Source: Bacteroidota bacterium
Lineage (GTDB): Bacteria; Bacteroidota; Ignavibacteria; UBA10030
DNA length: 64,000 nucleotides
Reading direction: 5' to 3'
Assembly (NCBI GenBank): GCA_021813905.1
Contig: JAKAJH010000009.1
Coordinates: 7,346 to 71,345, forward strand
This document shows positions 40,200 through 49,869 of this stretch, piece by piece. A model generated the notes under the pieces. The model worked only from the letters and a program-made list of their open reading frames with translations, did no database searches and was not told the DNA's origin. The stretch's first letter is position 1, and each line of letters opens with the position of its first letter. A program made the translations under genes and the position numbers.

Positions 40200-42251
40200 A
40201 TGTCTCTGAAATTCTCCCTGCCCGCGACGGCACTGTGGCTCGTCTGCACCCTTTCGGCTCAGGATGTGCCTCAACTCCCGAAGCGGTCGACTGACGACAA
40301 TACAAAATACACCACGGTCGGCAACATCTCGATCACGGTTACGAACTTTGGCGTGATCGGCAACGGATTCAAGCCGTTCCCCGGTCCACCGTCATTTCAG
40401 TACCCCCGCGGTTCCGGCATCGAACATCTGTTCGTCGGCGGTCTGTGGGTCGGCGCCTCCACACCGACCGGGATTCATGTGACCACCGGCGCGGTGGACA
40501 TTTCGTCGCTCCGGAGCGGTGTATCGGAGGGATTCGAATTTACGACGGGCGTTGATTCGCGGGTCATCGAACGCTCGTCGCTCCTCGACAACCGGTTCTA
40601 CAGTCCGTCGGCGATCAGTCACCAGGACTTTCTGGCCGACTTTACCGACACCAATACGACCAACCCGAACCAGAACAACGAACCGATTCCGAACCACGTG
40701 CCGCTCGGCATCAACGTGCACATGGAATCGTACGCGTTCAACTTCGCGTTCGCGGACAATTTTGTGATCTTCAACTATTGGATCAAGAACGTCAGCGGCG
40801 CCTCGCTCGACAGCGTGTATGTCTCACTGTGGGGCGACATCGTGGTGCGGAACACCAATATCACTCCGCCCACCGTCGGCTCGCCTTTTTACAGCCACGG
40901 GGCGCTGGGATACATCGACACGCTCAATCTCGCCTACGCATACGACTATGACGGCGACGGCGGACTGGCGGACAGTTACGGCGCGTTCAAATTCCTCGGT
41001 TCATCGCCGTACCGGAACACCACGACGTATCAGGTGTGGCAGTTCCGGAATTCGAGCGATCCGACGTATTTCTCTCCCGCGACCGATATTGACAAGTACA
41101 GCAAAATGACGAACGGGCTCCTGCCCAGTCAGGTCACTTCTATCCCGAAACCGAGCAACTTTATGACGTTGCTCTCAGTCGGCCCGTTTTCGCACATCGC
41201 GCCGGGCGATTCGGTGAACGTGGTCTTTGCGCTGATGGCGGCGAAAATGGTGAACTGGAGTGTTCCGAAGCCGGAGGGTCCCGACATCGCGAGCAACCGC
41301 ACGAATCTGAACTTAGCGTCGTCGTGGGCTCAGCGCACATATAACGGTGAAGATCGGAACGGCAACGGGGTGCAGGATTCAAATGAGGTATGGACGGACA
41401 ACGGACGTCCGAAGCGCTACTTCCTGCCGGCTCCACCGGCGGCGCCGCATGTGAAGGTCGTGCCGAATGACAAATCCGTCGAGATCTACTGGGATGATGT
41501 GTCCGAGCGATCCGTGGATCCGATCACAAACCTGAAGGATTTTGAAGGGTATCGCATCTACGGCACGAATGCCGGATTCGACCTGACGGCGTCGCAGAAT
41601 ATCCTCGCGAATCTGGTGATGTTGGGCGAATACGATCGCGCCGATGACGACATCGGATACAATACGGGCTTCGGCGGCATTCGCCTGGCACAGGCGGTGC
41701 AATTTCCGCCCGATACCACGCACTACGTGTATCGGTTCGAGGTGCCGCATGTGCTCAACGGGTGGCAGTACGGTTTTGCCGTGACCGCTTTTGACTCCGG
41801 GGATGCGAGCACGAATCTGCAAAGTCTGGAAAGCAGCAAGCTTCAAACGCTTCAACGGGTGCTTCCCGGCACGCCTCCCGCGAAGGACGCCTCGGTGCAG
41901 CCGGGCGTGTATCCGAATCCGTACTATGCGCACGCGTACTGGGATGGCGGCGTGGAGCGCCAGCGGAAGCTGTATTTCTACAACATTCCGGCGCATGCCG
42001 AGATCCGGGTGTACACGCTGGCGGGCGATCTCGTGGATGTGTTCGAGCATGACGCGGCGACGTACAATGCATCGGATATCCAGTGGTTCCAGACCTACGC
42101 CGACGGCACGCAGCAGCTGGCCGGTGGCGAGCACGCCTGGGATCTGATTACGAAGAATGATCAGGCCGTCGCGACGGGGCTGTATCTGTTTACCGTCAAG
42201 AATCTCGATACGGGCAATATGCAGCGTGGCAAGTTCCTTGTGATCAAGTAG
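40200..42251 (+). CDS. Secreted hypothetical protein with FN3-like segment and variant T9SS-like C-terminal domain
   Basis: Signal peptide; beta-rich; PPAAP.V.V.P....V.IYWD...FEGYRIY...YGFAVTAFD; C-terminal VYPNPY...IRVYTLAGDLV...WDL...ATGLYLF...GKFLVIK. Confidence 0.8.
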   Translation: MSLKFSLPATALWLVCTLSAQDVPQLPKRSTDDNTKYTTVGNISITVTNFGVIGNGFKPFPGPPSFQYPRGSGIEHLFVGGLWVGASTPTGIHVTTGAVDISSLRSGVSEGFEFTTGVDSRVIERSSLLDNRFYSPSAISHQDFLADFTDTNTTNPNQNNEPIPNHVPLGINVHMESYAFNFAFADNFVIFNYWIKNVSGASLDSVYVSLWGDIVVRNTNITPPTVGSPFYSHGALGYIDTLNLAYAYDYDGDGGLADSYGAFKFLGSSPYRNTTTYQVWQFRNSSDPTYFSPATDIDKYSKMTNGLLPSQVTSIPKPSNFMTLLSVGPFSHIAPGDSVNVVFALMAAKMVNWSVPKPEGPDIASNRTNLNLASSWAQRTYNGEDRNGNGVQDSNEVWTDNGRPKRYFLPAPPAAPHVKVVPNDKSVEIYWDDVSERSVDPITNLKDFEGYRIYGTNAGFDLTASQNILANLVMLGEYDRADDDIGYNTGFGGIRLAQAVQFPPDTTHYVYRFEVPHVLNGWQYGFAVTAFDSGDASTNLQSLESSKLQTLQRVLPGTPPAKDASVQPGVYPNPYYAHAYWDGGVERQRKLYFYNIPAHAEIRVYTLAGDLVDVFEHDAATYNASDIQWFQTYADGTQQLAGGEHAWDLITKNDQAVATGLYLFTVKNLDTGNMQRGKFLVIK

Positions 42252-42285
42252 TCCAACTCAACATCAACCAGAGAGGGAGAGTCCT

Positions 42286-44628
42286 ATGAAACATCGATGG
42301 CTCCAGTTTGCGGTAGCGGTTCTGGTGCTCGCGGGTCTGTCGGTGCCGGCGTCTGCGCAGACGATCGGTCACCCGGCGACGATTCCGCAGCTTCAGACTG
42401 TTCCGATGGATTCACTCTATGCCCTTGACACTCTGCAGGCGGCATCGGCAGGAAAGTACAAGGATAAGTCGCCGTACTGGAACGGCTCCGATTCGAAAGC
42501 GGACACCGTGATCGTGACCGGTGTCGTGATCGTGAAGCCGCGCATTCTGACGTATACGCTGGCGCGCTACAACATCTTCATCCAGGACACGACGACCGGT
42601 CAGCTGTGGGCAGGTCTGAACGTCCTGACGAATGACACATCGACGACCGCCCAGGGTACCGGCATCACGGCGCTCGATAGCGGCATGGTTGTCCGGCTGA
42701 CGGGTCGCGTTACGGAATACGGCAGCCAGAACAACAGCTTGACCGAAATGTTCATGTACAACGTCGGCTTCTTCGAGTCCGTGGTGACGGCGGAAATCCT
42801 GAGCGTCGGCGGCAACCGTCCGAACCCGGTCCCGGTGACGGTGGATAGTTTCGCGGTCGGTACCAAGCCGATGCCGTCGCGCGGAGAGAAGTACGAAGGG
42901 ATGTATGTGACGATTCCGAATGTCACGGTCATCTCCGTCGATGTTTCTTCCGGTCGGTTCACCTTTGCGGACTCGGCGGGAAACCAGATGACGATGTATG
43001 ACGGTTCGGGTTGGTACACATATCGCGGACACAAGATCACCGGTTCGAAGTACTCGGCGCCTCCCGTCGGCACGAAGCTGAAGTACATCCGTGGCGTCGT
43101 CATCGTGCAGACGAAGAGCAACACCTGCGGCGACTATGAAGTCATGCCGTTGTATCCGGGACCGCGTGAGCTTGGAAAAGCGACCTCCTATCCGGGTGAT
43201 GTCGTGATCGATAAGTTTGCCCCGTCGATCACCACGATCCGCCGCAATCCGACACCGCCGAAGTCCACGGACAACGTGATCGTCACGTTCCAGGCGAAGG
43301 ACCTGAACACGAACGGGAATGTGGACAGTGCCTTTGTCGCGGTGCAAAAAGGCCTGAGCGGCGCATGGGTGAAGACGAAGGTGGCGACTCCGTCCTTTGT
43401 TGGCGCGGACACGCTGTACTCCTTCACGGTGGGAACGACACCGGCGGACAGCATCGTCAGTTACTACGTCGAGGCATACTCGGGCGGCATCTACGGCGCA
43501 TCACCGGACCCGGCCATTCCGTACTACTACGTGGTCCGGGATAACGGATACTCCATCTACGACGTGCAATACACGCCGTACAGTAACGGTCTCCCTGGCA
43601 TGCAGTACGACACGCTGACGGTGAAGGGCGTGGTCGTGGCGGATACGTCGGACATCAAAGAGATCCCGAAAAGCGGTGCGCAGGCAAATCGGCCGTCGCT
43701 CTGGATTGCATCCGCTCCTGGAAAGTGGAACGGAGTCTGCGTCTGGGGCGCCAGCGCTTCGGTAGGCGTCGATACGCTGCAGAAGGGCGACAGTGTCTCC
43801 GTGCGCGGTGTCGTGTATGACTACAACTCGCGAACGGTGCTGAAGGTCGTCTCCTGCACGCTGATCCAGCGCGGCGTGCCGGTCCCCGGTCCTGCGACGA
43901 TGAGCATCTCCGGAAAGGGATCGGTGAGCTATCAGATCAGCAATCCTCCGGTGAACGGCGATCCGATCTTCGAGGCCTGGGAAGGCGTGCTCGTTCGCAT
44001 CAACAATCCGTATCTCGTGGTTCGCAATGCGGATGACCTTACGAACGGCAGCAGCTCCTGCTTCGGCGAGTTCCTGATCAGCTCGAGTTCGTATCTCAGC
44101 AATCCGTACGGACTGCGCGTGGATGATAACGGCATCAACAACTTCTACGCGGACACGAATTCGTACTACGCAACAACGAAGTACAACTCGGATCATCCGC
44201 TCACGCCCGGTCTGAAGACCACGCTGATCCCGATCGGGTCAAAGCTGACGTTCCTCCAGGGTATTCTGGATTACTCATACAGCAACTACAAGCTCGAGCC
44301 GCGGACGAATGCGGACTTCGGCACGATCACCAGCGTGGTCCTGCAGGATCCCATGGCGATCGCCCGGACGTTCGAGCTCAGCCAGAACTACCCGAATCCC
44401 TTCAACCCCTCGACGGAGATCCGCTACAGCGTTCCGATGTCCGGCCGGGTATCGCTGAAGGTGTTCAACCTGCTCGGCCAGGTGGTCGAGACGCTTCTCG
44501 ATCGTGACATGGTGGCCGGTTCATACGTCGTGCGGTTCGACGCGTCCCGACTTGCCACCGGCGTGTATTTCTATCAGCTCCGCGCCGGCGATGTGGTCAT
44601 GACGAAGAAGATGGTTCTGATGAAGTAA
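42286..44628 (+). CDS. T9SS type-A sorting-domain protein with duplicated OB-fold-like modules
   Basis: Signal peptide; two internal repeats; canonical CTD FELSQNYPNPFNPSTEIRY...VFNLLGQ...LATGVYFYQL...KKMVLMK. Confidence 0.85.
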   Translation: MKHRWLQFAVAVLVLAGLSVPASAQTIGHPATIPQLQTVPMDSLYALDTLQAASAGKYKDKSPYWNGSDSKADTVIVTGVVIVKPRILTYTLARYNIFIQDTTTGQLWAGLNVLTNDTSTTAQGTGITALDSGMVVRLTGRVTEYGSQNNSLTEMFMYNVGFFESVVTAEILSVGGNRPNPVPVTVDSFAVGTKPMPSRGEKYEGMYVTIPNVTVISVDVSSGRFTFADSAGNQMTMYDGSGWYTYRGHKITGSKYSAPPVGTKLKYIRGVVIVQTKSNTCGDYEVMPLYPGPRELGKATSYPGDVVIDKFAPSITTIRRNPTPPKSTDNVIVTFQAKDLNTNGNVDSAFVAVQKGLSGAWVKTKVATPSFVGADTLYSFTVGTTPADSIVSYYVEAYSGGIYGASPDPAIPYYYVVRDNGYSIYDVQYTPYSNGLPGMQYDTLTVKGVVVADTSDIKEIPKSGAQANRPSLWIASAPGKWNGVCVWGASASVGVDTLQKGDSVSVRGVVYDYNSRTVLKVVSCTLIQRGVPVPGPATMSISGKGSVSYQISNPPVNGDPIFEAWEGVLVRINNPYLVVRNADDLTNGSSSCFGEFLISSSSYLSNPYGLRVDDNGINNFYADTNSYYATTKYNSDHPLTPGLKTTLIPIGSKLTFLQGILDYSYSNYKLEPRTNADFGTITSVVLQDPMAIARTFELSQNYPNPFNPSTEIRYSVPMSGRVSLKVFNLLGQVVETLLDRDMVAGSYVVRFDASRLATGVYFYQLRAGDVVMTKKMVLMK

Positions 44629-44637
44629 TTGTTCACC

Positions 44638-44675
44638 CCGAGGGAGGAGAAGGGCCTGTCCCTTCTCCTCCCCGG
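44638..44675 (+). other. Strong intra-operon hairpin without a U-tract
   Basis: GGGAGGAGAAGGG-CCTGT-CCCTTCTCCTCCC, a 13-bp perfect stem extendable by CCG/CGG. Confidence 0.7.
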
Positions 44676-44693
44676 ATATTTCAGGATACTCTC

Positions 44694-46076
44694 GTGCGGT
44701 TCCTCTCGTCACTCGCGATCCTCATCGTCCTTCTTGTCAGCGGATGCTCGGAGCATTTCCCGAATCAGCCGCTCGGCAACCTTCCGCCGGAGACATTCCT
44801 GGCGCTGCGTCCCGACAGCACGCTGCGCCGGACGGCCAGCCAGCAGGATATTCACTGGTGGGGCGAGGATCCGGACGGATTCGTTGCCGGCTATTACTTT
44901 TCATTCGACAGCACGCACTGGACGTTCACGACGGCGAATGACAGCCTCTTCGGTCTCAAGCTGAATACGACCGATACCACATACTCGTTCTTTGTCAAGG
45001 CGGTGGACAACGAAGGAGCCGAGGATCCGACTCCCGCGTCGCTCCGGTACCCGATCATGAATACACCGCCGACGGTCAGCTTCGTCCTGAAATCCGATGT
45101 GCCCGACACGACGTATCCGGTTGCCAGCTTCCAGTGGGTGGGACTTGATATCGACGGGGATGAGACCATCACGAGCTTCTGGTACGCCCTCGACGATACC
45201 TCCAATCCGAACAACTGGAAGAGCGTTCCGGGATACGCGCGCAGCGTGACGTTGTACAAAGCCGACGGTCTGGTGGAAGGCGATCACACCTTCTATCTCC
45301 GCGCGCGCGATGTGGCCGGTGCCTGGAGCAAGACAATCCAGATGCCCGATACGGTGAAGCGGACGTGGCATGTGCGCGAGCCGAAGGGCGCCTTCCTGAT
45401 CATCGACGATTACCAGCCGGCCGATGCCGCCGCCGGATACTACGCGACGATGTTCGACACGCTGACGGTCAACGGACGGCATCTTGGCAGTCAGGATGTG
45501 TGGGATATCAAAAAGGGTGCGTCCCCGACGAAGCGCGGTGATCTTGTCCCGGCGCTTATCAATCCGACGTTCATCGAAACCCTGAAACTGTTCAAGTATG
45601 TGTTCTGGTATGCGGATAACAACCCGAGCCTCGAAATCGCGCAGGCGTCTCTGGGCGCGTTTACACGCGCCGGCGGGAAGGTTCTGTTCTCCAGCTCGTT
45701 CCCGGAGCTGAGCAGCGGACAGGGCGGCGTCGGCGATTTCGCACCGATCGATAATACCGAGCCGTCGTATTTTACCACGATCCTGATGTCGGGGGACACG
45801 CTCCAGGCGGTGGATCCGATCTATCCCACGCTGGTACGGGACGCCAATCCCACGATCTATCTCTTTCCACGCGGACTTCTGCCGAAGGTCAATGCACGCG
45901 TGATCTATCAGATGCAGTCCTCATCCCGATGGAGCGGGCAGCCCGTGATGGGCGTGCAGGACGGTGATTCTCCGAGCTTTGTACTGATGGCAGTGCTGCT
46001 CCACCGGTTCGGTCCTCCGGCGAGCGCGGCGGAGTTCTTCCGCACGGTATTCGGGAAGGAGTTTGGCGCGCAATGA
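44694..46076 (+). CDS. Lipoprotein with Ig/FN3-like repeats and a C-terminal alpha/beta domain
   Basis: GTG start; lipobox VSGC; repeated N.PP.T...W.G.D.DG...F.V.A.D..G units. Confidence 0.75.
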   Translation: MRFLSSLAILIVLLVSGCSEHFPNQPLGNLPPETFLALRPDSTLRRTASQQDIHWWGEDPDGFVAGYYFSFDSTHWTFTTANDSLFGLKLNTTDTTYSFFVKAVDNEGAEDPTPASLRYPIMNTPPTVSFVLKSDVPDTTYPVASFQWVGLDIDGDETITSFWYALDDTSNPNNWKSVPGYARSVTLYKADGLVEGDHTFYLRARDVAGAWSKTIQMPDTVKRTWHVREPKGAFLIIDDYQPADAAAGYYATMFDTLTVNGRHLGSQDVWDIKKGASPTKRGDLVPALINPTFIETLKLFKYVFWYADNNPSLEIAQASLGAFTRAGGKVLFSSSFPELSSGQGGVGDFAPIDNTEPSYFTTILMSGDTLQAVDPIYPTLVRDANPTIYLFPRGLLPKVNARVIYQMQSSSRWSGQPVMGVQDGDSPSFVLMAVLLHRFGPPASAAEFFRTVFGKEFGAQ

Positions 46077-48883
46077 CCCGGAGAATCGGCAGAACGCTCC
46101 TCCTGGTGCTCGCGCTGGCGTTCATGATGCCGGCACTGTCGGCGCAGGAAAAAGGCAGCATCAAAGGACTTGTGAAAGACGCCAAGACCAAGGAAGGTCT
46201 TCCGGTCGTCAACGTCAAAGTGAAGGGGACGTACTATGGCGCTGTGACGGACATGGACGGCAATTACATCATTGCGAACGTCAATCCCGGCAGCTACGTG
46301 GTCGAGTTCACGCTTCTCGGCTATACGGCCGTTCAAGTGACGGACGTGCGCGTCCAGGCGGGCAAGTCGACGGAGCTGAATCAGAACCTCTCCGAGACAG
46401 TGCTCTCGCTCGGACAGGAAGTCGTCGTGGTCGGCGAGAAACCGCTGTTGAACGTGGAAGAAACCTCGAGCAAGCGCTCGGTGACCGCGGATGACCTCAA
46501 GGCCACCGCCGTCGTAAACGTGAAGGATGTGGTGGGTCAGCAGGTGGGCGTCGTCGAAGCCGATAACGAGGTGCATATCCGCGGCGGTCGTGCGAGCGAA
46601 AATGCATACTTGCTTGACGGGATCTCGGTGCAGGATCCGTTGGCAGGCACGGGCTTCGGGCTCCAACTCAGCGCGGATGCCGTCCAGCAGATCGAGGTGA
46701 TCACGGGCGGATACAATGCGGAGTATGGACAGGCAACGTCGGGCGTCGTGAACGTGCAATTGAAGGACGGATCCGACCGGTTCGAGGGAAGCGTCGGGGT
46801 GAAGCGGGATAACCTGGGCATCTTCCCGGAAACCTTCAAGCCCTTCAACTCGGAGAGCTACGAGGGATCGCTCAGCGGTCCAATTCCAGTTTCGGCGATC
46901 ACCGATCTTGTGGGTCTCGGCGATATCGGCACCATGAGCTTCTTCACGAGCGCCTATGCGGGCTTTACGGACGGCTTCATGGGCAAGACCGCGCATCGGC
47001 TGAATTCATCGACATTCTACGGGACGCGGTTCACCCCTCGCGAAGAGAACAATCTCTTCTTCCTCGGGAAAGTGACGTGGAAGATCACGCCGCTGGTTCG
47101 CCTGGCATATTCCTACACGCATTCGGTGGCGATCAACCAGAATTCCCAGTCATTGCAGACCAACCTGGAATACGTCGAGCCCAGTCCCGGATTTCAGTAC
47201 GAGTTCGAAAACATCCTCGACAACGCAAACACGTACACGCACAACAACCAGATTCATACGCTGTCGTTGACGCACACGCTGTCGAACTCCATGTTCTATG
47301 AGCTGCGGCTGTCGCACTTCTTCACGAATCTCCGCGCGGATGCAAACGGAACGCCATACAACCAGTACCGCGAGCCGAAGGACATCGTCACGTTCCCGCT
47401 CTCGTATTACAATCTTGGCCACGACACGGTCGGCGTGATTCCGGGCGACGGTTTCTACGATTTCGGCAATGCGTTCACGTGGCACGATCACTTCGTGGCC
47501 GAGAATACGGTGAAGTTCGATCTGACAAAGAACTTCTCCGACAAGAATAAGTTCAAGACCGGTGTCGAGGCGACGTTCCAGGAGATGCAGAACGTCGATA
47601 TCTATGAGCCGTGGATCGGGACACTCGGACTGAACAACGACATCTATCACGTCTACCCGGCGTTCGGTGCGCTCTACGCACAGGATAACATCACGTTCAG
47701 CGGCATGATCCTGAACTTCGGCCTGCGGTTCGATTACTGGTTCCCGGGCAAGTATGTGGATGATGCGGTGAACAATCCGGCGGTCATCACCATCCCCGAT
47801 CAGGTGCGGCAGCACTATCTTGATCATACCTATACGTTGTTCGGGCGCCACTGGAAGGGCCGCCTCAGCCCGCGCCTCGGCATCTCGCATCCGGTCTCGG
47901 ACAATCAGATGCTGTATTTCTCGTACGGCCATTTTTCAAAGCGGCCGAAGCCTCAATTTCTCTATGCGAAGCTCAGTCCGAGCTCGGCCCAATCGACCTT
48001 CCAGAAGTTCGGCAATCCGGATCTGAATCCGGAGACGACCGTGGCCTATGAGCTCGGCCTCCAGACGCAGTTCACGAATGACGACGTGCTCAGCGTGACG
48101 GTGTACTACAAGGACATCTTTGATTACGTGTCGACACGCACGGCCCGGATCACCTCGGCCCGACTTGCCAGTACGAATTACGTCACGTACGTGAACCAGG
48201 ACTACGCGCGCTCGCGCGGTGTCGAGGTCGAATACCGGAAGCGAATCGGCCGCTGGTTCCGGGGGACGGCCTCCGGCTCGTATTCAATCACGACGGGCAA
48301 GAGCTCCTCGGCCGATCAGGGACTGCTCATCGCGCGCGGGCTGGAAGATGAGTCGGTGAAAGAGAATTACGTGGTTTGGGATCGTCCGCTCCAGTTCACG
48401 GTCACGTCAACGGTGACGGTGGAGAAGGGGAAAGGGCTGTTCGGCTTTGGCAAGAACATCCTGGACAACCTTTCGGTCTACGCACGGGCGTTCTATGAAT
48501 CCGGCAAGCGGTATACGCCGTACATCTACGACGGCGTGCTGACGAGCAACGGCCGGCCTGACTACATTCAGGACCGGAATAACCTGCTGGGCGGCATCGG
48601 TGAAAATTGGTTCTGGATCGACATGAACATCGAGAAGTACTTCGATGTGGCCGGTCTGGAATTCACCTTCTCGGTCCAGGTGAAGAACATCCTGAACAAC
48701 AGGAACTCCACGATTATCAATCCGGTGACCGGTCGAGCCTATGAGTACGGCGATCCCACGCCCACCAACTGGAACGATCCGCTCTATCCGTCATTGCAGG
48801 CTCCGGTGTCTCCATTTCCGTACAATCCCGCGCGCTATCTCGCGCCGCGGGAGATGATCCTTGGACTTTCGGTGAAATTCTGA
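46073..48883 (+). CDS. TonB-dependent receptor (non-SusC type)
   Basis: Signal peptide; carboxypeptidase-regulatory-like N-domain; plug HIRGGR..EN.YLLDG, ITGGYNAEYGQATSGVVN; GNPDLNPE.T.AYE.G; C-terminal LSVKF. Confidence 0.93.
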   Translation: MTRRIGRTLLLVLALAFMMPALSAQEKGSIKGLVKDAKTKEGLPVVNVKVKGTYYGAVTDMDGNYIIANVNPGSYVVEFTLLGYTAVQVTDVRVQAGKSTELNQNLSETVLSLGQEVVVVGEKPLLNVEETSSKRSVTADDLKATAVVNVKDVVGQQVGVVEADNEVHIRGGRASENAYLLDGISVQDPLAGTGFGLQLSADAVQQIEVITGGYNAEYGQATSGVVNVQLKDGSDRFEGSVGVKRDNLGIFPETFKPFNSESYEGSLSGPIPVSAITDLVGLGDIGTMSFFTSAYAGFTDGFMGKTAHRLNSSTFYGTRFTPREENNLFFLGKVTWKITPLVRLAYSYTHSVAINQNSQSLQTNLEYVEPSPGFQYEFENILDNANTYTHNNQIHTLSLTHTLSNSMFYELRLSHFFTNLRADANGTPYNQYREPKDIVTFPLSYYNLGHDTVGVIPGDGFYDFGNAFTWHDHFVAENTVKFDLTKNFSDKNKFKTGVEATFQEMQNVDIYEPWIGTLGLNNDIYHVYPAFGALYAQDNITFSGMILNFGLRFDYWFPGKYVDDAVNNPAVITIPDQVRQHYLDHTYTLFGRHWKGRLSPRLGISHPVSDNQMLYFSYGHFSKRPKPQFLYAKLSPSSAQSTFQKFGNPDLNPETTVAYELGLQTQFTNDDVLSVTVYYKDIFDYVSTRTARITSARLASTNYVTYVNQDYARSRGVEVEYRKRIGRWFRGTASGSYSITTGKSSSADQGLLIARGLEDESVKENYVVWDRPLQFTVTSTVTVEKGKGLFGFGKNILDNLSVYARAFYESGKRYTPYIYDGVLTSNGRPDYIQDRNNLLGGIGENWFWIDMNIEKYFDVAGLEFTFSVQVKNILNNRNSTIINPVTGRAYEYGDPTPTNWNDPLYPSLQAPVSPFPYNPARYLAPREMILGLSVKF

Positions 48884-49869
48884 TGCGCCGCACACTTCTC
48901 ATCGTATTCATTGTCGCGCTGATCGTCGGATGTGTCCCGGCGCAGGCGCAGATCGTTCCTGTTCTCGGCGCGCAGCGGGCCGGTACCTCGACCGCCCAGT
49001 TCCTCAAGATCGCTGTTGGTGCACGGGCGGCGGCAATGGGAGAAAGCTTTGTGGCCGTGGCGAATGACGCGTCGGCGCTCTTCTGGAACCCGGCGGGCAT
49101 CACCCAGTTCACGCAGACGGAGGTGATCCTGGCGCACACGACATGGGTGGTGGATGTGCAGCACGAATTTGCCGGCCTGGTGTATCACCTCACTCCCGAC
49201 GATGCCGTCGGCGTGTCGGTGACATCCGTGCACACCGATGACATGCAGGTGACAACGGAGCTTCAGCCCCGGGGGACAGGAGACTACTTCAGCTACGGCG
49301 ACCTCGCTATCGGAGTCACGTACGGCCGCCGCATGACGAATCAGTTCAGCTTCGGAGCGACCGTTCGATATCTTGAAGAGACGATGGCCTCGCTGAAGAT
49401 GCGCGGGGTGGTGCTCGATTTCGGAACGTATTACTGGACCGGATTAGGAACGTCCCGGTTCTCGGCGGTGGTGACGAATTTCGGCAATCAGATCGGACCG
49501 ACCGGCACGGCACCGCAGGTCGGAGGAGGTACCGTCACGTCGTTCCAGCAGTACCCGCCGCCGACGATGTTCAAATTCGGTTTCGCGCTCGATCCGATCA
49601 AAGATGAGTCCAACATTCTGACGACATCGATCCAGTTGAATCACCCCAACGACAACTCCGAGAACGTCGGCCTCGGTGTTGAATACGGATGGATGAATGC
49701 GTTCTTCCTGCGGGGGGGATATAAACTGAATGTCGAGGAACAGGCGCTTTCCTTCGGTGCCGGCGTCGCGGCTTCACTGGGCATCGCCCATGTGGCCGTC
49801 GACTACGCCTATGCCTCGTTTACGAATCTCGGTCCGACCCATCGGATCTCAATGCTGGTGACGTTGTGA
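48883..49869 (+). CDS. PorV/PorQ-family (FadL-like) outer-membrane barrel
   Basis: FLKIAVGARAAAMGE, DASALFWNPAG, FSFGATVRY, VDYAY, THRIS; TGATG overlap with the receptor gene. Confidence 0.88.
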   Translation: MRRTLLIVFIVALIVGCVPAQAQIVPVLGAQRAGTSTAQFLKIAVGARAAAMGESFVAVANDASALFWNPAGITQFTQTEVILAHTTWVVDVQHEFAGLVYHLTPDDAVGVSVTSVHTDDMQVTTELQPRGTGDYFSYGDLAIGVTYGRRMTNQFSFGATVRYLEETMASLKMRGVVLDFGTYYWTGLGTSRFSAVVTNFGNQIGPTGTAPQVGGGTVTSFQQYPPPTMFKFGFALDPIKDESNILTTSIQLNHPNDNSENVGLGVEYGWMNAFFLRGGYKLNVEEQALSFGAGVAASLGIAHVAVDYAYASFTNLGPTHRISMLVTL

